A DNA stretch of 64,000 bases from a virus, in the IMG/VR virus record IMGVR_UViG_3300025769_000068, one strand, 5' to 3'. The notes below the pieces were generated by a model. The model did not search any database. It saw nothing but the letters and a program-made list of their open reading frames with translations, and had not been told where the DNA came from. Shown here in pieces: positions 58,218-64,000 of this stretch (positions within the stretch are counted from its first letter, which is position 1; each line of letters begins with the position of its first letter). The position numbers and the translations under genes were made by a program.

Positions 58218-61200
58218 CCCACAATCCAGACAATTCTTATTCAAAAGTTGGAATACCTTCTAGTGCAAAAGGCGGGTTTGTTCAACAAACATTCTTGGGC
58301 GCATCTATTGTTGATTTTAATATTAGCGCTGGTTTTGGTGAGGATACTTCTACAATCAGTGCAAATCTGATTCCCGACGAGTTTAATAGTGGGGATGCTA
58401 TGGCGATAGGTCAAGGAGACGATGTTTATCATGATGGCAAAAAAGATAAATTTAGACCTCCACCAGTAGGCGCTCCAGTGTTTTTTAAATTTGGTCATGA
58501 TCTGGCAACCGTTTCCCAAGCGTTTCGTAAAACTTACGATGATATTTACCCTACAATATCAGCATCAAATAATGTGAATTATACAAAGTCTACCCATGCT
58601 AACAATGTGGGTCATTCTCATTTTGCTTTTGGTGGTATACTTCAAGCTGTTAACGAAACAAAAGAACCTAATGGTAATCCAAGATATTCTGTAAATGTAG
58701 TTGACCCTAAAGAAATTTTAGGTAATGTAGAATTGATATTGAATAATTATGCGGGAACTACTTTTAATAATCGTAATATGTTTAATCTTTATGGATTTTT
58801 AGAATATAATATACCAGAAAATATGCAGGAGAAACTTAATCTAGGTGGCGCTGCTGTTCTTGATGACCGAGACCCTTTAGTGAGAACTGAAAATCTTGAT
58901 GGAAGTATGAAATGGTCTGGAACTGACATGATTTATGGTGTGCCTTCAGTTATTATAGTAGGCGTTAATGATGGTGGCAAACCTACAAACGACAACATTG
59001 AAGAAACCTATGGGGGTTCTGCTACTCTACCCATGTTTCCACTTACAGGCACTGGTTTTTCACGAAGAAGCCCTCAAGGTATTCCTTACTACAGGGTGGC
59101 ACAAAGTCTATCAGCTTTATTTGGGTGGTATGGTAAAATTCCTGATATATACGTTGATGCTGGTTTTGGTGGCTATATAAATTTTCGTGGTTTTAATTAT
59201 GTATTAGATTTGTCTGGACTTCCAAATCTTAATCAATTTTACTTTTTTGACTACGACAAGATTACTTTATTAGATTTATTATTGGAAGTATGTGAAGTTA
59301 CAAATCACGAATTGATAGTTTCTTTACTACCAATTATTGAAGATCATCCAGCTTGTGGTATATATAAAGATATAAATGATGTGCAAATTGCTAAAGGCGA
59401 AGAAGGCATGGACGGTATCATTGCTGGAATCATTAGAGTTGACACTATTGATAGATCTAAGCCTCCACCAAATGGAGTGGTCAAAGGTTTTATAGATAAT
59501 CTTTTGGAGTCAGGAGTAGAGGTTACTAATACGAGTTTTGGTTCTGAACTTTCTAATGTGAATACGGACAAATTTGTAGTTGGCGCAAATGAAACAGAAA
59601 TGTACTACTTTACTGCAAATGCCGATAGAGCAGCAGCAGATACTAGAGTTCAGTGGAGTCTTGACTATTCTTATAAACAGCAGATACTACCATACTATGG
59701 AACTCTTCCGGGTAATTCTGTTCATCCAGAGACAGTTACAATACCAAAGGGTTTTGGTTCATATCAACAAATACTTTTGGATTCAAGTAAATTAAATGCT
59801 GTGGGTGTGGGTAATTTCTATGTTGCGACGGAGATAGAACTTAGAGCTGCTGCCGTATCTTTCCAAAGATGGTGTCAATTTTTATTACAGTATGATAGCG
59901 TGTACATGGAAAGTACTGAGGCAAACGATGTAGAAGAGGGGGCTGCTTTAACAGCCCAAATACCAGAGAATTTTGCCGTTGGTTTTAATCCTAGAATTTC
60001 AAATAACTACGCTGTTAGTGTACCAAGATCTGTTTGGCCTTCTGACAGAGATTTCTATAACGATGCGGGTCTTCCGGCATCTCCTTGCAATCCTCCGTAT
60101 GGTTATCCTCTCTATTATAAAAGGGCGACTCAAATTGGTTTGCCATCAGAAGGAGCGACTTCTGTTTCAGACGCTGCTGGTAATGCCCGTCGTAGAGAAG
60201 AAATAAAAGCTCAGATGAAAAAAGCCGCAGGTGAAGCTAACCAAAAGGCGAAGGAAGCAGAGAAAAACAGTAGTGGTGTGTGGGGGTTTTTGGAATCGGC
60301 ATCTAGTGTTTTTCTTAACACTTTAACTTCAGCTCTATCAATCATTCCCGGTTTTGGAGTTCTATCTACTATAAGCACAGCTTTCAATGTATCTAATTAT
60401 ATCGGTGGACCTCTTTCTGAGGTCGCTCAAAAAGTACTTAGCGTGTTAGCTGATAATGAAGAAATACCCGTTGTAGATAATAGCAACTTAAAAGCTCTTA
60501 ATGATACATTTGCTTTTGGTAATAGGCTTGGCAGGAAGGGTCTTAAAAATGCCAAGAAGGTATATGAATTTGTAAAAGGCGTGTCTGACGAATGCTTAGG
60601 CAAAAAGTTTTTAGTGAAGATGCCAAAGCAAGTAAATTTATTTTATGATACAGATCTTACTAAGTCTGGAAGCAGTATAGTTGCAGGGCCATTTGGTTTT
60701 CCCGCCAGAACAGTAAATCAAGAAGCAACTTATACAAATGACTTTAGCTCAAGGATTAGCGCTCTTGCCGCAAACGAACCTAGCATGAGAACATATTTAG
60801 TAAAAGACAAAAGATTTACTGAGCCAGAAGATAACTTCACGGGCGCTATGGAAGTTCATTACAATCCTATAACTGGAGAGTATGAATTTAATTATAAGCC
60901 TGATACGCAGGGTGGATTTTTTGAATATGATTTATTGTCTAACTTTTCTAGTAATCAACCTCTACACATACAACAAGGTTTAGCTCCTTCTGATACAGTA
61001 ATTTTTGACAATGGAAATAATAGAATTTCTCCTTATGTTCGTTTTGATCATAGTCAAAATTTATCATTTAAAGGTGTAAGAGCTAGCGAATTAACACAAC
61101 AGGCTAATAATGGCAGCTACATGGTTCCTGACCTGTCTTATAGTATGGATAATTTAACTGCTGGTAAACTAAAAAATTTACCACCTGCAAATACCTCAAG

Positions 61201-62749
61201 GCCAGAAATGGTTACTTTTGTTAAATGTACTGTAGATGAAAAATTCTATATGCCCCCTACTAGCTCTAAACAAGATTTTGGTGTACATGGACAAAAAATT
61301 ATACAAGATTTTACTTTATCTCCACCAAAAAGAATTTATTCTACTAGTGGTTGTGATTATGTAGACGCAATGCAGTATTCTATGATGGTTGCAGTGCCTT
61401 CGCCATCGGTAGGAAGCGCGTGTAGTTTTAGACATTTTAATAGTGCAGTTTCTTTTAGTCAACATCAATTTGAGGCAGACACAGACCATGTGTATGCTTT
61501 AATAACCATACCCGGAAGAATAGAACCAACTCTAGATTCTAGATTACGAGATGGGCCACTTCAGTCATATGCTACAGCTAAAATAAAACATAACTTAGCA
61601 GCAGATGTTGTTAGAGGTGTTTGCGGTTTTGAACAACCTGCTTTACGTGGAACACCTACAGATCTTACTGGTGATTTTCTTTTACAACCTTTAGGCAGTG
61701 ACGCTGCCGCAGGTGTGAAAAAAGCAAAGCAGATGGCTAACTTTTCACTTCCAAATAAATTAGAATTTTGTCAGCCCTCTCCAGTTTATCCTGACATGGT
61801 AGCTTTGCCTTTACAGTCAAAGTCTAGATGCTATGGCCCGTGGGTTTCGTCCCAAGTGGGATCAACATCAAAAATTGGAGGTAAAATAGACTATATCAAA
61901 GATGAGAATCTTGCACCTTGGAATTATTCTGGATACGACCTTATGAATAAAGCTGGTTTAGTTCAAGCAGAATTTTCAAACAGTCTTTTACTAGCTTCAG
62001 AGCGTGGTAGCTTTAGTGTACCCAGAGCGCCTAGTGGTATTGCATTAGCTAGATCTTTACAGTCAAACGGACCACTAGTATCTAATATTAGTGTGAGGGT
62101 TTCTCCTCAAGGTGTCACAACAGATTATCAATTAGACTTGTACACAGCAAGTTTTGGTAAGCTTAAAAAACAGAAATCGGATAATATATCCAAGATAGGT
62201 AGAAATCAACAAAAACTAGAAGATGAAAGAAATGCTCTTATAAGAAAAGGATTTGGTAAAAATCAAACTGATGTAAATTTACAGTCAATATATAACGCTT
62301 TACAACAACAAATTATTAATGCTACTAATATACAGTATAGCCCTATGCAAAGAAGTCCCGGTCATAATCCTAATTATAATATAATGTCAGTTCTACCAAC
62401 AATACAAGAATTTACTACAGGTCTTGCTGGTGGTGGCTTTAGTAAGAGGGCGAATAATATAGCTGGATCTATTGCTAGTAAAGATGACATAGAAGAAGCA
62501 GGAGACATAATGGGGGATGATGATGAGCAGATGATGGATCAGTTTGGCAACACGGCGGTAAGTAAAACAACTGATGATCAAAGGCCCGTATCTTTAGAGC
62601 CGGGAAATGGTTACATGACTTCTGCTGAAGTGCCAAACGTTGATAATATAAGAGAAATAATGAATGATGTAGATGCATTTAATGACAGTTACAATATATC
62701 AGATAGTTCTTGGTCCGATACGAGAGGGAGTGACGATGGGCTTATTTAG
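58214..62749 (+). CDS. Putative baseplate hub / Tal-like tail-tip protein
   Basis: 1511 aa ORF. N-terminal FLGASIVDFNISAGFG and FGGILQ...YSVNVVDP, a central TLLDLLLEVCEV and C-terminal GP.VSNISVRVS.QG.TT.Y.L match the architecture of gp27/Tal-like hubs. Confidence 0.5.
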   Translation: MTHNPDNSYSKVGIPSSAKGGFVQQTFLGASIVDFNISAGFGEDTSTISANLIPDEFNSGDAMAIGQGDDVYHDGKKDKFRPPPVGAPVFFKFGHDLATVSQAFRKTYDDIYPTISASNNVNYTKSTHANNVGHSHFAFGGILQAVNETKEPNGNPRYSVNVVDPKEILGNVELILNNYAGTTFNNRNMFNLYGFLEYNIPENMQEKLNLGGAAVLDDRDPLVRTENLDGSMKWSGTDMIYGVPSVIIVGVNDGGKPTNDNIEETYGGSATLPMFPLTGTGFSRRSPQGIPYYRVAQSLSALFGWYGKIPDIYVDAGFGGYINFRGFNYVLDLSGLPNLNQFYFFDYDKITLLDLLLEVCEVTNHELIVSLLPIIEDHPACGIYKDINDVQIAKGEEGMDGIIAGIIRVDTIDRSKPPPNGVVKGFIDNLLESGVEVTNTSFGSELSNVNTDKFVVGANETEMYYFTANADRAAADTRVQWSLDYSYKQQILPYYGTLPGNSVHPETVTIPKGFGSYQQILLDSSKLNAVGVGNFYVATEIELRAAAVSFQRWCQFLLQYDSVYMESTEANDVEEGAALTAQIPENFAVGFNPRISNNYAVSVPRSVWPSDRDFYNDAGLPASPCNPPYGYPLYYKRATQIGLPSEGATSVSDAAGNARRREEIKAQMKKAAGEANQKAKEAEKNSSGVWGFLESASSVFLNTLTSALSIIPGFGVLSTISTAFNVSNYIGGPLSEVAQKVLSVLADNEEIPVVDNSNLKALNDTFAFGNRLGRKGLKNAKKVYEFVKGVSDECLGKKFLVKMPKQVNLFYDTDLTKSGSSIVAGPFGFPARTVNQEATYTNDFSSRISALAANEPSMRTYLVKDKRFTEPEDNFTGAMEVHYNPITGEYEFNYKPDTQGGFFEYDLLSNFSSNQPLHIQQGLAPSDTVIFDNGNNRISPYVRFDHSQNLSFKGVRASELTQQANNGSYMVPDLSYSMDNLTAGKLKNLPPANTSRPEMVTFVKCTVDEKFYMPPTSSKQDFGVHGQKIIQDFTLSPPKRIYSTSGCDYVDAMQYSMMVAVPSPSVGSACSFRHFNSAVSFSQHQFEADTDHVYALITIPGRIEPTLDSRLRDGPLQSYATAKIKHNLAADVVRGVCGFEQPALRGTPTDLTGDFLLQPLGSDAAAGVKKAKQMANFSLPNKLEFCQPSPVYPDMVALPLQSKSRCYGPWVSSQVGSTSKIGGKIDYIKDENLAPWNYSGYDLMNKAGLVQAEFSNSLLLASERGSFSVPRAPSGIALARSLQSNGPLVSNISVRVSPQGVTTDYQLDLYTASFGKLKKQKSDNISKIGRNQQKLEDERNALIRKGFGKNQTDVNLQSIYNALQQQIINATNIQYSPMQRSPGHNPNYNIMSVLPTIQEFTTGLAGGGFSKRANNIAGSIASKDDIEEAGDIMGDDDEQMMDQFGNTAVSKTTDDQRPVSLEPGNGYMTSAEVPNVDNIREIMNDVDAFNDSYNISDSSWSDTRGSDDGLI

Positions 62750-62753
62750 AGGA

Positions 62754-64000
62754 ATGTTTTATAATAACGATCCACAAAACCATGTTTTTGTGACTAATCA
62801 TCCAGCTATGGCATATGCTGGACTTCGTAGTTTTAATTTAAATCTTATTAGACAATTTTCACAGGAAACAAGACTACAAAACGTTGTTGCTAATGCTTTT
62901 GGAAGAACTGGAAGAAGAATAGATAAAAGTCTTGTTCTTACGGGCCTAGACTCAGAATCAGTTTTCTTAGAAAGAATTATTGATCTTTTGGGTATGAGCG
63001 CAACAACTAGTACAGGTGGCGGGTTTGGCTGTAGCGCATACGATATAGAAGCTAGAAGTTATGACCCCGATGCATTTTTTGATGTTAACGAAATTATAGA
63101 GATGTTAAAATGGTACGAAGAAACGTGGCTACCTAGCAGTCAAGATAAAGATGATACCACAATTTTTGATTCAGACGGAAAAGAGCATTATAGAAAAATA
63201 AATTCAATTAAAAATTCTATAGAAAAATATGCTTTTGCTGAAAGAGAAGTTACAAGCGAGAGTCATATTACTGAACAAGGTTTTGAAAATATATATCTTA
63301 GATTATACTTTGCAGATAAAGCTGTTCTAAGTTCTTCTAGAATTGTAGTTCCTAAAGGACCGCCTAGATTTACAGATATACCCCGCAGACCCACTGGTAA
63401 AAAGTATTCTCATGGTAAGAGTGCAAAACAGCCAATTGGAGTTTCCGTAGACCAAGAGGCTAGTGAGCTAAACGATCCTGAAGATTCAGTTGTTGCAGAT
63501 ATGAGAATGAGCTACAACCCCGCTATAAACAAGTGGGAAGTTCAAAATCAAATGTTAGCTAGGCTGCTTACGGATGTAGATCCCGCTCCTATACAATCTA
63601 TTCCTTTAGATGCTGAAGATGTAGATTCAATTCCAGCAGAAGAATTTGCTGATATTGGTAGCGATAAATATCTAGGTCAATTCTCTACAGGGTTAGCAAT
63701 GCCACTATCAAGTGAGAACGGAAATCCACATACGTTTGGCCCCAATCTTATTAAATGTAACGATGGAACTGAGTGTGAAAAAATTAGAGTGTTTAATCGT
63801 GCAAATAAAACTTATACTAAAGGTCAATTAGTTATTTGTCATTTTATTGGTAATGAATGGATTATTCAAGACTTTGGAGCTGATTTAGAATCTGTACCTA
63901 GAGCAGTTGGCGTTGGCACTTGGCAGTTTGGAAAATATATTACTAGTACTAATACTCATTTTAGAGAAGCTGATCCAGCGAAGCAAAGTAATGGTGATTT
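62754..64000 (+). CDS. 3'-truncated hypothetical tail-region protein
   Basis: ATG at 62754, just after the upstream TAG (MFYNNDPQNHVFVTNHP...). The frame reads open toward the window end; absent from the track because no stop is reached. Confidence 0.65.
   Translation, partial: MFYNNDPQNHVFVTNHPAMAYAGLRSFNLNLIRQFSQETRLQNVVANAFGRTGRRIDKSLVLTGLDSESVFLERIIDLLGMSATTSTGGGFGCSAYDIEARSYDPDAFFDVNEIIEMLKWYEETWLPSSQDKDDTTIFDSDGKEHYRKINSIKNSIEKYAFAEREVTSESHITEQGFENIYLRLYFADKAVLSSSRIVVPKGPPRFTDIPRRPTGKKYSHGKSAKQPIGVSVDQEASELNDPEDSVVADMRMSYNPAINKWEVQNQMLARLLTDVDPAPIQSIPLDAEDVDSIPAEEFADIGSDKYLGQFSTGLAMPLSSENGNPHTFGPNLIKCNDGTECEKIRVFNRANKTYTKGQLVICHFIGNEWIIQDFGADLESVPRAVGVGTWQFGKYITSTNTHFREADPAKQSNGD

Noticed and set aside
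193-62678. Numerous short minus-strand and alternate-frame ORFs in the track
   Set aside because: All are nested within long co-directional genes and show no recognisable protein features.
1-64000. Alternative genetic code (stop-codon reassignment)
   Set aside because: Very long ORFs are intact under code 11, and TAG and TGA both end genes immediately before the next start.

Overview
This 64 kb AT-rich window is one co-directional (+ strand), tightly packed virion morphogenesis region of a large tailed dsDNA phage. It is probably siphovirus-like, since there is a tail tube gene but no sheath gene. The standard genetic code is used (TAA, TAG and TGA all terminate genes). Gene order: (i) small virion and fibre genes; (ii) a ~23 kb block of poly-Thr-linked, beta-propeller-containing surface proteins (657, 620, 3690 and 2829 aa); (iii) further fibre/appendage genes mixed with head-tail joining genes; (iv) tail terminator, tail tube, two paralogous chaperone-like genes and a 1883 aa tape measure protein (TMP); (v) a 3959 aa FG-GAP/LamG tail-tip protein and Dit-like and hub-like proteins. 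The most notable observation is the TMP. It looks like a polyprotein: repeated [FYML]xxGG motifs and three DTVPAMLTPGEFV modules bracket a basic PD-(D/E)xK-nuclease-like cargo domain, a candidate system for co-ejecting an effector with the DNA. Other notable points are strong Ser-Gly enrichment in one set of virion proteins versus poly-Thr linkers in another (candidate virion glycosylation signals), apparently complete avoidance of CCWGG, a cupredoxin-like His/Cys/His/Met site in a giant virion protein, and an integrin-alpha-like architecture in the tail-tip protein. All functional calls come from motif recognition and synteny by eye. No database searches were run, and all counts are approximate hand counts.
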